A stretch of 63,785 nt of DNA, counting the filler, from Basidiobolus ranarum (Eukaryota): the NCBI GenBank assembly GCA_040143965.1. It is 11 parts of 11 records of this genome, joined end to end, with 100 filler letters (N's around TTAATTAATTAA, not from the genome) between each part and the next. Parts side by side here need not be neighbours in the genome. Positions count along the whole stretch, not along the records: positions 11,662 to 17,387 come from JASJQH010001517.1; positions 17,488 to 23,202 come from JASJQH010001518.1; positions 23,303 to 29,012 come from JASJQH010001519.1; 8 more parts are not named here. One strand, written 5' to 3'. The notes under the pieces were generated by a model. That model had not been told where the DNA came from. It searched no databases and saw nothing but the letters and a program-made list of their open reading frames with translations. This document shows, one piece after another, positions 12,081 to 25,636 of this stretch. Made by a program: the position numbers and the translations under genes. Position 1 is the first letter of the stretch; each line of letters starts with the position of its first letter.

Positions 12081-13913
12081 TCTTAGGATTTTCATACTTT
12101 GTTATTTTCTTTATATTTTAACTTCAACTTTTATTGTTAGCATACTATGCTACATTGGCTTATTTGTTTAATAGTAGTTTATCTAGTTATTAAATAAATA
12201 TTACACCCTGTGGTGTTTATCATCCCCCTAAGTATCTGTCAGATGGAGGCCGTTACAAGGAGCGATGGATTATGGAAAGTTCCTATTGGCGGAAAACTTC
12301 ATATGATGGTGACTGAATTTCTAACTTAAAAGGATAAATTGTTCAATGCAACTGAAATTGTATTACCCAAAGGAGTACGTCACTACTCATCATATCAAAG
12401 GAAATGAAACGAGAGCACACTACGTAACCCCATTTAAGCCAGGATGTTGACTACTGTGTCATCGACCTAATATCATATAGGTCGAGTGATATTTTAGTGT
12501 ATAGTCCCTAGAAATTGCTATCTTTTCTAGTTGTTCCAATATCTTGAGTTTAATCGTCAATAAACTCTCGGCACATCAAGAGGTTACTCAGTTTGCGCCT
12601 CCTGAGAATTCAAGTGACTTGCACTGATTGATTTATTTTGTTAAAATCAAGTGTACTGCGGAGTATTTGGGACGAATCGGAGGTATTTAGGATGATTCGA
12701 AGTACGCGATTTGTATTCCGTTAGATTGAATTGAAAACCGATATTTTAGCACTTGTTAGAGATGAAGAAAGATAACAACCGGAATCTCCCTAGGACTCTA
12801 AGGAGATTGGTAAGAGGGTTTGGGCTGCTTTTGATATGTTTGGGAATCATTACATTGAGAAATTTCCAAAATTATATCAAAACATTGTTAACAATTGAAC
12901 ACTAACTATGCTAACCATGATGTATGAGTTTTGATTCTTATCCCATATAATTCAACATGTTCCCGTGCTATAAGGTGGATGTGTTCCAAGGACCCTCAAC
13001 ATACTGTAGGAAAATATACAAGCTTTGGAAGAGTGCGAAAAAGATTATGTTCTCATTTTAGCCACGCTATCTATAATATATATATGACAAAATCAACTTG
13101 GGAAAAGCTGAGGCATAAGTAATATACAAGCTGTTTGTATATAATGTGAGTGTTTATGTGCTTAATCGTAACAATACCAATTGAATATCTTCGACAGGTG
13201 ACCATCACTGATTTCATTATCATTTCTGTCTAGTTCTTGGCCATAGTAACCACTTGAGTACTGATATCATAAACATATCATAAACAGCGGTGCACATTCG
13301 TATTTCCACCCTTGTACCAGATACGATACCTCAGTTCCAATAGCCTTACCTTCCTGAGTCAAGTAATAGCTTTGTAATCAATACCGCTAACTAATACTCC
13401 ACCACCAGCACTGCGGCTACCATTCAAATTTCCTTCTGCTCTACGAGCTAAAATACCAAATCTACAGCCTTTATTTCGAAGCCAACTTTGGCTACCAGAA
13501 TCCCAATTTCTATTATCTCTACAACGAAAACCACCAGCTTCCGCAGCTCGGTCGTTAAAATTTTCGTCCATCTCTCACCCAGAGCAGCAGCTCAAGCGCT
13601 ATACCCAGGGATAGAGACCTTGCTGAGTCATGCGCAATCCTATAGCACTACGGAGATTTTGATGGTTTAAGAGTAAGGGTTGCCTTAGAGCTTGTGGTAG
13701 TAATCAAATTCAATAATTCCCGACTGGTAAGATCTGATTATACGCCAATTAGAACAATGATTGCCAGATTCCTACCTCTGATAATCCAATCATCCTGCAA
13801 TAATATTGTGACTGCGTCTGCTTGTACCTGACATGTAATCTAGGGGAGCTAAAAAAAATGCACATTGTATATATAGGCTACAACTCTTACCATAAAGGCC
13901 CTCATTCATCATA

Positions 13914-14807
13914 ATGACTGTTGAGAAACTTGTAATCAAACCTGTCACCCTCGAGGAATCAAAGCTCATTCATGAGTGGGGTGAGAGTGAAGGTTGGAAT
14001 TCTGGTGTTCATGACTGGAAAACCATATTTCATGCCAACTCTGATGGATTTCTGGTTGGTCACTTGGGCAACAAGCCGATCTGCTGTATAGCTATCTTTC
14101 GATATGAGTACCAAGTGGCTTTCATAGGCTGGTATTACGTACTGACGGAGTATAGAGGCAAAGGCTATGGACTCACCATGTTCAACCATGCCATGAAGCT
14201 TCTCAAAAGCTACAATATTGGGCTTAATGCCGTTCCTGCCCAAGAAGGAAACTATGCTAAAATTGGCTTCTTAAAGTCCTATGACAATGTTTTATACGAA
14301 GGGGAAATTGCAGAAGACTTACACCATACGCATAATCTTAAACACATGCAATTTCGATCCTTAAATCAAATTGGAGCAGACAAAGCTTCTCGTTTTGAAT
14401 ATGAGCATACTGGCATCTTACGTTTGAAATGGTGGAAAGCCTGGCTAGATCAACCAGACTTACATTCTTTGGCTCTGATTACTGATGATCAAACAATTCT
14501 AGCTATAGCAAGCTCTCGTCTTAACAACGACAATTCCTACAGTATCTCGCATCTATACGCCACCGATATAATTTATGCGGAAGCTATCTTGACTGAGATA
14601 CTTTTAATGATGAAGGCTACTGAAGGGAGTAGTCATGATATCAACTTCGATATAATGTTGATTAGTAAGAACCTAAATACCAAGGTGTTCATTGAAACGT
14701 TCAATTTGCAGTTTTCTGAAAGTTCTACAAGAATGTGGACTGGAGGCCCTCCTACCAATACTGAGGTTAACAATATATATGCTGCCGGTTCATCCGAAAG
14801 TGGCTAA
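13914..14807 (+). CDS. GNAT N-acetyltransferase (tandem GNAT, YitH-like), intronless
   Basis: WGESEGWNSG, GFLVG, FIGWYYV-x-EYRGKGYG acetyl-CoA motif A, GLNAV, NYAKIGF; TATATA ~40 bp upstream. Confidence 0.88.
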   Translation: MTVEKLVIKPVTLEESKLIHEWGESEGWNSGVHDWKTIFHANSDGFLVGHLGNKPICCIAIFRYEYQVAFIGWYYVLTEYRGKGYGLTMFNHAMKLLKSYNIGLNAVPAQEGNYAKIGFLKSYDNVLYEGEIAEDLHHTHNLKHMQFRSLNQIGADKASRFEYEHTGILRLKWWKAWLDQPDLHSLALITDDQTILAIASSRLNNDNSYSISHLYATDIIYAEAILTEILLMMKATEGSSHDINFDIMLISKNLNTKVFIETFNLQFSESSTRMWTGGPPTNTEVNNIYAAGSSESG

Positions 14808-17171
14808 TCAAATAAAACTTTACAAGACATCTACCTGTTTATCGTAGCTACTGAGATCATCCTGTATTCTCGTCAGTAGTGTAATATAGTTTAAGGACAT
14901 GTGCAGATCAATCATACTGTCTCTTTCTGAGGACTGAGATCCTGGGATCCATTCTGTAAGATGATGTTGCTTCGAACTACATGTGGCGGAGTTTTTCCCT
15001 TCTGACTCTTAGTGCAGATTACGACTGAAGCAAAGCTGATTTCCACCGAACCAATCTCTAAAGGCGTTTTTAAACCTAAATTTGAGCATATAAATGAGCT
15101 CCAAAATTACCCTATATTTACAGGTGTGCCCCGAGCACCAGATGTATAACTCGTCAGGAGTCAGCTGGTTTAGATTCTAATGAGCTGCATCTTTATGTTT
15201 ATGATCATAATCTTTTTAACTACATAAAGATTGAACATTATTTGTCTTTTTATTGACGCAGATATACATACCTGGTTTAGCATCAAACATCTCATGATCG
15301 TTATGCACACAAGATTGCTTTTTGAGGACTGATTAAAGTAACTGATAGTTGAGTCAGCCGAGGATGGTTGTAACCCGATGTAGGATTTCTAATAATGCCA
15401 CCAGAAGACAACCTATTTCCTTTTCCCCTCTAATGGACACGTTTAAGGAATTATTATTCATTGATCAATGACCATTTGCACCGCATGCTGCAGCAGAGTG
15501 GTTTGATTTATACCTCTCGTTAACTGAATAGCCTAAGTGTGCTGTCACTTCTGTCTGTTTCACGTTGGTCCTTATGGCATGAACGATCATTTTGAAACTT
15601 GGTTAAATTTCCAGGATCGGATCGCTTACCATTGCGGATCTTCACAGGTGTTCTTTCCTGGTTGATCAGAACTTAGAGACAAATCTCTCTATTGCATGTC
15701 AATCCTACTCTGAAATTCCTGGCAAATGAAATCTTTCTATTTCGATGCACCTCCAAAGCAGTCTATGTATGCATGATGTAATGGATTAATGATCACCATT
15801 ACAAGAGTTACCGCGAACCCTTCCTGAAGACAGTCAAACCTATATTTCGCCAAGTAGAAAACAGGGCCTATTTTTAGTCAATATATTTTTGAATGCCAAA
15901 TACTTTTATTCCTTTGATTTCCAAAAAAAATCTAGCATCTTTTATCAGAATTGGTGACTCCGTTATCTGTGAGATAAAAATAATCTATTGGTGCTTTAAG
16001 TATTACTGGAAGTCGATATTTTGTGTCTTCTCTTGTATAAATAGAGTTTTTGCTAACTAATAGAAGTGGCCACCAATGATTCATAAGTTCTACCTTTTTA
16101 ACTTAGCAAAAGAGATCTATTGAGTAAATATTCTAATTGGATATTTCAAGCATTCTTTTTCTTTCTATTCCTATCTATGGTGTGAAAAAACATTACAACA
16201 ACACTTCGGTGAAATAAAAGGGAATATTTACTAAATCATATCACAAAATACTATGAAGGTGGAGATTACTCTTGCTGTGGGCCAAGTCCATGATCAAACC
16301 TGAGCCTTCCATTTGAACAAAAGCAAGTAAATGGGTGGAGAATATGGCACGATGCTCTTTAGTACAGGTGGAGGACTCAACTATTGAAGATTTATTGAAT
16401 ATATGAACATCAATACTAACACTAATGAGGACACACCATTGCTATATATTACAATATATTGAAAGTACTACGGGTATCTACATACTATATTATGTTGCAG
16501 TTTGAGAATGTTTGTAAGCCCTAAAGGAGGAAAATTCAACTAATACACAATTGGCTACGTACTGCTAAAGAGGAAGTCCAAATCAAAATATTTGCTTGAA
16601 CCAATCTAGAAGATCCCAAATGAGAGATTACTTGGCAAACTATTAGGAGAAACGTATGGAATCACGGTGATTCTACTAGTGACACAAAATGCTCTGATTA
16701 TTACAATCCAACCATATTCGGTTCCTCAGTTTTGGGAAACTTCGGAGATTCATTGGCATTTCAGTGGCTTTACATTCCGGGAATATAAGGATTGTCCACG
16801 GAATGGTAAACACCGCATGTTTTATTTGGAAATTATATTGCCCTCTATATTACTGGAGGACAAGTATAACTCCAACCCAACGTATTTGTGGCTATATTTA
16901 ACCTCAGAGAGCTAAAGAGCCACTGAACAATCCGTGCATTGATTATGGACACTGCATTAGCTGTCAGACCCTCATCCGCAAGCCAGGGTTTCACTCAATC
17001 ATTGCAATACCATAAATGGGTCAGAGTGATATAATTGCCAAGTCTCGATAGGGTATAATCAATAATGCCTCAGGTAATCCTAGAGCGAGATTCAAAGATA
17101 TGCTATCTAACCAATACCTGAGAGATCCGCCATTGACTTGAGATAATTGTCACACAAATGGTGAAGATCCA

Positions 17172-17206
17172 AGGAAGGGGAAGGGGAAGGGGAAAGGGAA
17201 AGGGAA
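17172..17206 (+). repeat. Polypurine (GGGGAA/GGGAAA) microsatellite, G-quadruplex consensus
   Basis: GGGGAAGGGGAAGGGGAAAGGGAAAGGG at 17177-17204. Confidence 0.8.
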
Positions 17207-17487
17207 TATCATTTGCCAACCCTCGCGCTACAATACAAATTCACCCAGATGCGTACTAATCGTAAGGCTTAATTTGATCGATGGAAGGGATATGCTTTTT
17301 GTAGACCTTGGTGCCGCTCTCACATCAATGAATCTTATTTGCTACTCTACATTGTGCTTATTTGTTCACGGTCCACAAGCCGTGAGGNNNNNNNNNNNNN
17401 NNNNNNNNNNNNNNNNNNNNNNNNNNNNNNNTTAATTAATTAANNNNNNNNNNNNNNNNNNNNNNNNNNNNNNNNNNNNNNNNNNNN

Positions 17488-19115
17488 TCTCATCAAATCA
17501 ACAACGTTATTTTCGTGGAGCCTTTCTTCTATGAATACGTCTTAATGGGGGACGCCGATACAGTTGTTTTGCCGACTCGCTCAATAGGATGATTTCATGT
17601 ATGCTTAATGATACTAAGATCATGGGTCTCTGTGGTGAGACTCAGCTTCTTAACGAAAAGGCCACGTATATTACGATGATACAGGTTTACGAATACTTCA
17701 TTTCTCATCATTTGAATAAGGCTTTTGAGTCTCTGTTTGGCTCCGTTACTTGTCTACCCGGATGTTTCTGTATGTATCGTTTCCGAACTCCGATCAAGAA
17801 TCAACCTCTCCTTATCGCCAATGCCATAATTGAAGATTACTCAGAGAACAGAGTGGACACTCTTCATAAAAAGAACTTACTGTCGCTCGGTGAAGATCGT
17901 TATCTTACTACCTTGATGTTGAAGCATTTCAATTATAACAAGATGACTTTTACTCCTGACGCCAAATGCCAAACAAATGCACCCGATGAATGGTCAGTGT
18001 TACTGTCTCAACGTCGTCGTTGGATTAATTCGACAGTGCACAATCTTTCCGAACTGTTGTATCTTCCACGTCTATGCGGCTTCTGTTGCTTTTCCATGCG
18101 CTTCGTGGTCTTCATTGATCTTCTCTCAACTATCATTATGCCCGTACAATGCTTTTATCTAGGTTATCTACTGTACAAAGTGATTGTTGACCCTTCCTCA
18201 TTCCCAGTAATTTCAATTATCATGCTCGCGGCAGTTTATGGATTTCAAATATTCATCTTTTTGATCAAACGTCAATGGCAGCATATCGGCTGGATGATCG
18301 TTTATTTATTATCGCTTCCGGTATTCAGTTTCTTCCTTCCTGTGTATGCTTTCTGGCATTTCGATGATTTCTCTTGGGGTAACACACGTGTGGTAGTTGG
18401 CGAAAAAGGTAAAAAGGCTCATATTTCTAGTGAAGAGAAGTTTGATCCTGCTTCTATTCCGTTGAAGAAATGGAGTGACTACGAGCAAGAATTATGGGAA
18501 GTTGGAACTTACGTGTCACATGAATCCAAAGGGTCCAATCGCACTCTTGAGAGCTACCGTAGTCGCTCGAAATCTCGTGGCTTGGACTCTAGTTCGTGCT
18601 ATAGGAGTGTACCACCATCATCTGTCCAAAGCCCAATGGACTCATATCTTAGGCCAGGAGCTCGTGGCCGCTCTATGTCTCCTGCTCTCCAACCCACTCA
18701 CAATCTATCTCCGTATTCGATGGGACCCCCGTCTGTTCGCGCCCCATCTCCTTCTGCTGAACGGACTTCAAGAGGGCATTCTGCTGCCAGGTCAGACTAT
18801 AGGGATTTCTCACGTAATCGAGGCACAGCCCTGGATGTTCCAGACTACTCTTCTCGTTCAAGTAATACACCTAGCATCTCTCCAAATGTTGGTCATCCTT
18901 CAATGCGAACTACAAGCAGTCAACCTGGTGGGATTATGCCATCCGATCAAATAATCATGGAAGAGGTTCGTCGTATACTATCAACTGCCAACCTTATGTC
19001 TATCACCAAGAAGCAAGTTCGTGATGAACTATCGCACAATTTTGGTCTAGATATGACCAACAGGAAAGAGTATATTAATAATTGCATTGATATGGTTCTT
19101 CAAGGAAACCTGTAG
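17488..19115 (+). CDS. CHS: Chitin synthase, class V/VII type C-terminal half with DEK_C domain, 5'-truncated
   Basis: DADT, QVYEY, VTCLPGCF, LGEDRYLT, QRRRWIN, WHFDDFSWG, C-terminal ILSTANLMSITKKQVRDEL (DEK_C). Confidence 0.93.
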
Positions 19116-19796
19116 TTATAAGTCCGAACCTTTTCCTTTTGCCCATTATATTTTTATTTTGCAGTGAAATTTTTGGGTAGTTCTCTTCATTCCTCAACAA
19201 ACCTAGCCCCAAAAGTCATAGTTAACAATTCTTTCGTTTGTGATTTTGTACAAGCTCTTATTTACGAATATGCATATCCATGTGAACATTTTCCTCCTAT
19301 TATATCCCAAGAGGTGGGAGGAGTGTTTTTCATCAAGTTTTTCGTTTAGTTTTTTTTCAGTACTCCAAAATATATCTATATATATATTTGATTTTGTCAA
19401 GTGAATGGTTCCTTTTGCCAGCATCCTCTCTTTCATTCACAAAGCATCTCACAACTTCTTGCATTCGCTTGAGGGTATTACTATAATAAAAGAGTACTCT
19501 TATATCAATCTTAACATTATCAAAGGATTTAAACGAGTGAGAAATATCGAATTCTAATTTCATGAATTTATTGGAATTATTTCTAAGAGGGTCAAATGTC
19601 AATTTGTTAACCCTTTCCAATCCAAGTGAATGATGATTCAAATATTCAAAAAAAGAAGAAAAAATTCCCGAGTCTCTTAACCAGTATTAAATTCCAGTCA
19701 AGTGAAGCAACAAATGAAATTTCACTAGAGAAATCTTTACAACTTTAACATTTTTCGAAAAATTTCTTTTATTGACTTATTAAAGGAGAGACTAAA

Positions 19797-20962
<1,166 letters not shown>

Positions 20963-21221
20963 CGATAAAGATGATCCATTTGTTAATTAAACGATCGAAG
21001 CAAGGAGCTTGTTCATTTTTGAGAATTATTTATTTGCTGTTTGCAATTTATTGTTACTATATCATCATCTGATAACAGTTGGCCTCTACTGGGACATTGC
21101 CATCGCTTAAACTATTCAATGAGTGAGTTGTACGTGGCTATTTGCTATACCACTTATTGTACTTACCAAGTCTCTTAAGAATCAGAGCTTTTGTTGTGTC
21201 TCGCATTTACAAGCTCGTTCT

Positions 21222-23202
21222 CTATATCACAGCAATACGAGGGGATATGTTCATTGCCATCAACTCTTGGAAAAGCAGTTTGCACGCATAGGGAATCAGT
21301 ACTTGGGATATCTAAGGAGAGGCGGGAATGGAAAAAGTGTAAATATCATGCCATTATAATCAATGTTGACCTGGCTATATACCCGTGTGTTATTTTTACA
21401 AATGCGGCACTCGAAAGTATTTTTTTTGAGATTCGCTATCGCTAAAAGGCCACATAGATCGCATATATGAATCCTGTACTCATCAGACACATCACATAGT
21501 CGTTCCTTAAATGATTGTTAGTGATTTCGGGTCGAATAAACTCATTGAAATAATATACCTTCAAAAACAACGCCATGCCATGCGATATGACGCAGTCTCG
21601 TTCCATTTCCCCGAACCGAAGCCCACCATCTCTTTTCCTGCCTTCTATCGGTTGACGACTCAATGTCTGAAGGGGCCCTCTAGCGCGGCTGTGGATCTTA
21701 TCATCTACCATGTGCTTCAACTTTTGATAATAAGTTGGCCCTACAAACACTTGAGCTTCCAACTTTTTGCCGGTAAGGCCATTATAAAACACTTCTAAGC
21801 CTCTTTTTTGGTATCCAAACTCCTTAATTGCCTCGGAAACTGCATCAACCGTAACATTGGTAAATGGTGTAGCATCTCCTTCACTGCCGCTCAGTGCGGA
21901 AACCTTACTTAATAGGCATTCAACTAGATGCCCAATTGTCATACGTGAGGGGATTGCATGAGGATTTATGATTATATCCGGGACAATCCCTTCTTGGCTA
22001 AATGGCATATCTTCGTGACGATAAACCAAGCCGATTGTCCCTTTTTGTCCATGTCTGCTAGCAAACTTATCGCCAATTTGAGGAATTCTAGTGCTTCTAA
22101 CTCTAACTTTTGCAATCTTCATTCCTTCTTGGTTTGTACTAAGCAGTACTCGATCCACAATCCCAGAATCAGTAATTCTAATCGTCGTACTTATATCAAT
22201 ATCTGTATGGGTTGTGGTACGAAGACCCATCTCTTCGGAGCCACTTGGAATTGGCATCGTCTTTCCGATAATAACGTTGTCATTAGATACTCTTGTGCCC
22301 GGAATTATCAAACCATCTTCGTCTATCCAGTTATAGCCTGCAGGTTTCATTCGCAATGTAGTATCTGGATCAGGGTTTTCAAATTTTTGATTCGCTATCA
22401 TTCCAGTTACCTTCTCCTGATCCATGTAACTATGATAGTAAATACTTCGAAATAGACCTCGATCAATGCTACTTTGATTCATTATTAACGAGTCTTCTTG
22501 GTTATATCCTCCATGCGATAATATTGCTACAATTGTGTTCTGTCCTGTCGGGAGCTCATGGAACCGAAGGTATTCCATAGATCTAGTAGTACAAAGCGGC
22601 TTCTGAGGGTAATATAATAAATGGGCATTAGTATCCATACGTACATGATAGTTTGTTACGTAGGTTCCTATGGCTTGCTTTCCCATCGCTGCGCCGTAGG
22701 TGTTGCGTGGGGATTGATTGTGATCGGGAAATGGAATAATGCTTGCAGAAACTCCAAGAATCATGCTAGGGTGTATCTCGCAGTGTGTCCATAGCTGAAG
22801 GCTATGTGAAGAGTTTTTGTCCACTTCAATCTCATGAAGCTTGGGTTTAATAAGATTTTCTGTACTCATACTGATTAGAGCAAAATCTTCTTCTGCCGTA
22901 TCCAGATATTCAATTATCCCATTAGTTACGAGCTCTGGCCATCCAAATGGTTCTTCAATATTTTCATTTTGTAATGAATGCACGATTTCTTTTGTTATTC
23001 GCAATTTTTTATCCTCAACAACGAATAACGGCCGACATATACGACCTGCATCGGTGAATATTCTCAACTCTTGGTCTCTGTAATCATAAACGATGCTTAT
23101 TTCAGGGCTAATATCTCCCTGGCGTTTAAAGTGTCGTAAAATATCTATCAGTGAAATAGGGTCATGGTGAACGCCTACCCACATTCCGTTTACAAAAGCA
23201 TT
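21222..23202 (-). CDS. RPB2: RNA polymerase II second-largest subunit, C-terminal half, divergent; 5'-truncated; two introns near the 3' end
   Basis: [65 protein letters not shown], Zn site CDLC...CRIC, terminal [20 protein letters not shown]. Confidence 0.93.
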
Positions 23203-23761
23203 NNNNNNNNNNNNNNNNNNNNNNNNNNNNNNNNNNNNNNNNNNNNTTAATTAATTAANNNNNNNNNNNNNNNNNNNNNNNNNNNNNNNNNNNNNNNNNN
23301 NNTCAAGGAACAAAAAGAAATCGTCAATGTTAGTGATATTTTCTCAGTTTGCTGGGTCATTTAGTACACTGATGTCTGTCCACCCAATTCTTTTCTCTAT
23401 TGATGTTTCTGGATAGAGCCATTACCGAAGAGATTTTCTTAGATCTAAAAGAAACCACCTTTTGTGTTGACCTATTCAGCTACTCCAAGTGAAATAATAA
23501 AAGTATGTTATTCGGCCCATGGCGTACCCGATTGATGTAACAATCATATTCATTTATGAAGATAAGCAGTAGCGAGGCTCATTCTCTAACAAATAGGCTA
23601 TATCCAAGAGATGAAATGAAATGATTATTTCAGGGTAATTCGCGATATTTCGATGAGGCTATTTGTGACGATGCGATTAGGTAAGTTTTCGTCATACATA
23701 TTTGATGTGTATAAATATCGTTTGTACAGGTGTCATCTCTGAATCATCTCTTTCTAAAACC

Positions 23762-24307
23762 ATGTCAATCTCTTCTCTAAAGTCGGTCCGACTCCGAACC
23801 CACGTCCTTCCAAGACTTGGCTATTTTCCCAACTCAGAATTTCACCAGCTACCTCTCCTGATTTACCAAAATGTTCTATCATTTTCCGAGACCTCCGATG
23901 CCGGGAGCTTTGTAGAGGAATTGTTCAGAAAGAATGGGTTTCTGCCGCAGTGGCGGTACGGGATGTATAAGCAGAGCCATTATCATAGTAATACCCACGA
24001 AGTTCTGGGAGTTATTTGCGGTGGAGCTTTACTGCGCTTTGGAGGTGAAGACAAAGGGGTAGTTGAGGAGAGGGTACATACTGGTGATGTTCTGGTGATA
24101 CCAGTTGGCGTTGGCCATCGAGCGGTGGAGGAGGATGGAAATTTTCAAATGGTTGGTGCCTATGCTAAAGACTCCCCCTCTTGGGACATGAATTATGGTT
24201 CGAATCAACAGGAATACGATCAAGCCACTCTTAATATCCATAAAGTCCCCTTGCCCAAATCTGATCCCGTTTATGGAAAAGGCCCACTTCTTAAGCTTTG
24301 GACTTGA
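23762..24307 (+). CDS. Cupin, YjlB-like, intronless
   Basis: PN-x-LPLLIY, HYHSNTHEVLG, FGG, GDVLVIPVGVGH, VGAY, DPVYG; ATG at 23762 follows TATAAA. Confidence 0.85.
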   Translation: MSISSLKSVRLRTHVLPRLGYFPNSEFHQLPLLIYQNVLSFSETSDAGSFVEELFRKNGFLPQWRYGMYKQSHYHSNTHEVLGVICGGALLRFGGEDKGVVEERVHTGDVLVIPVGVGHRAVEEDGNFQMVGAYAKDSPSWDMNYGSNQQEYDQATLNIHKVPLPKSDPVYGKGPLLKLWT

Positions 24308-25636
24308 AGTTCATGTATTGCTTGAGCATTTTTTCATCTTTTGGTTTCCAAAACCCGATTGAATATGTTGCTCTTTAAAAAGAAATTTGCTTCTAGAATA
24401 GCCGTTTATTCCATGTAGAGACTAACATCCCGAAAAACTTGGCGAATTTGCTTTCTTTCTATTGTGAAGGCTTGGATATCCAAGATATATAGTTTGAGGG
24501 TATTCTAAGCTTGTAAACACAGACTCAATGAAAGGTTCGAATTCTGGCTATCAAATCTACCTTCTACATCGACTCTGGTCTCTACCGTATCGTACAATAA
24601 AGTATTTTCCTTAAGTTGATGAAAAGCCGTTTATCTCTCCATTACAGGCTAAGGGAGTTTCGAGACGAAACAGAACTATATTAACCATTGAGACACTCTA
24701 GCTTCATCATATGAGACAGGTTGAGAAGTGTAAAACCCAGAATGAGCGTTGTACAGATTGAATGTCAAGTTACAAGCCTAAGAAGGTTAGTTCCTTGCAT
24801 AATACTGCACCAAGTAGCAGTCCATACAGTCAACAATGTGAGATATATACAATCTGTATTATTTTACACAGTAATTGATCCGATTATTTTTCACACACTG
24901 GCGTTGAGCTGATGAGAGAGCAACTCCAAAGTGCTGTATGTTTGTTATAAGAATTAAAAGTAGTTCCTTGATGTATTCCTGTTCTGAATAAGTCTGCTCT
25001 AATACTAAGTTTATTTGGTTGTTACCCAACTGCCGGAGCATGCATCGGTTTGGATATAATGCAGCATATATTTACCACTAATGCACAAAGAATTTACTAG
25101 TCTCAACTAGCCATGTGACGTACTCAACACTAGCTACTTTTTCTCTCTGCTAGACAAGTTAGCGTATGGGTGACAATGCTGAACAAACAACTCATGCACT
25201 CTTCATACATAAACGGTTGGCTGTTGTATCATTTCTAATCTATTTACTAGGTCGTCGCCATGATCGCCATGAAACAACGTATTAGTATTAGACTCTTATA
25301 GTCGAGTCTTTGGAGGATACAGTCCGTGTTAGTATTGCTTTATAAAGTTTAGATACCTCGACTAGCGGGACTTTCGTTTGGGCATGATCGCTAATTTGTT
25401 AGCATCTGGTTAGATGGATTAGCATAACTTCCTTACTATAGCGGAACAAACTTGATGGGATTGGAGATATACCATGAAACGAGAGATTTCAATTTGTTAG
25501 TGGATTTTATCCTTTGTTAGCTCTTGGATCTACCAGTAGTCTAATGCATCAGCCATTAAGAGTGCCATTCTCTTATAAGAAAAGCTAGGTCTCTTCTTAG
25601 ATCAGATACTTTAGCTAACCAAGTCCAGCTTCAATC

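Noticed and set aside
13200..13670. Short overlapping ORFs upstream of the GNAT
   Set aside because: No recognisable family; frames broken
15120..15165. Minus-strand YTSGARGTP resembling an AMP-binding A3 motif
   Set aside because: No flanking adenylation motifs and surrounded by stops; probably chance
17488..17590. Frameshift and MGDAD (for MVDAD) at the start of the chitin synthase
   Set aside because: Within 100 bp of a contig end and the remaining 500 codons are intact; most likely low-quality sequence rather than a pseudogene or recoding
21511..23083. Plus-strand ORFs overlapping RPB2, and similar antisense ORFs over the coiled-coil gene, CDAs, GNAT and transporter
   Set aside because: Shadow frames of real genes with no independent protein features
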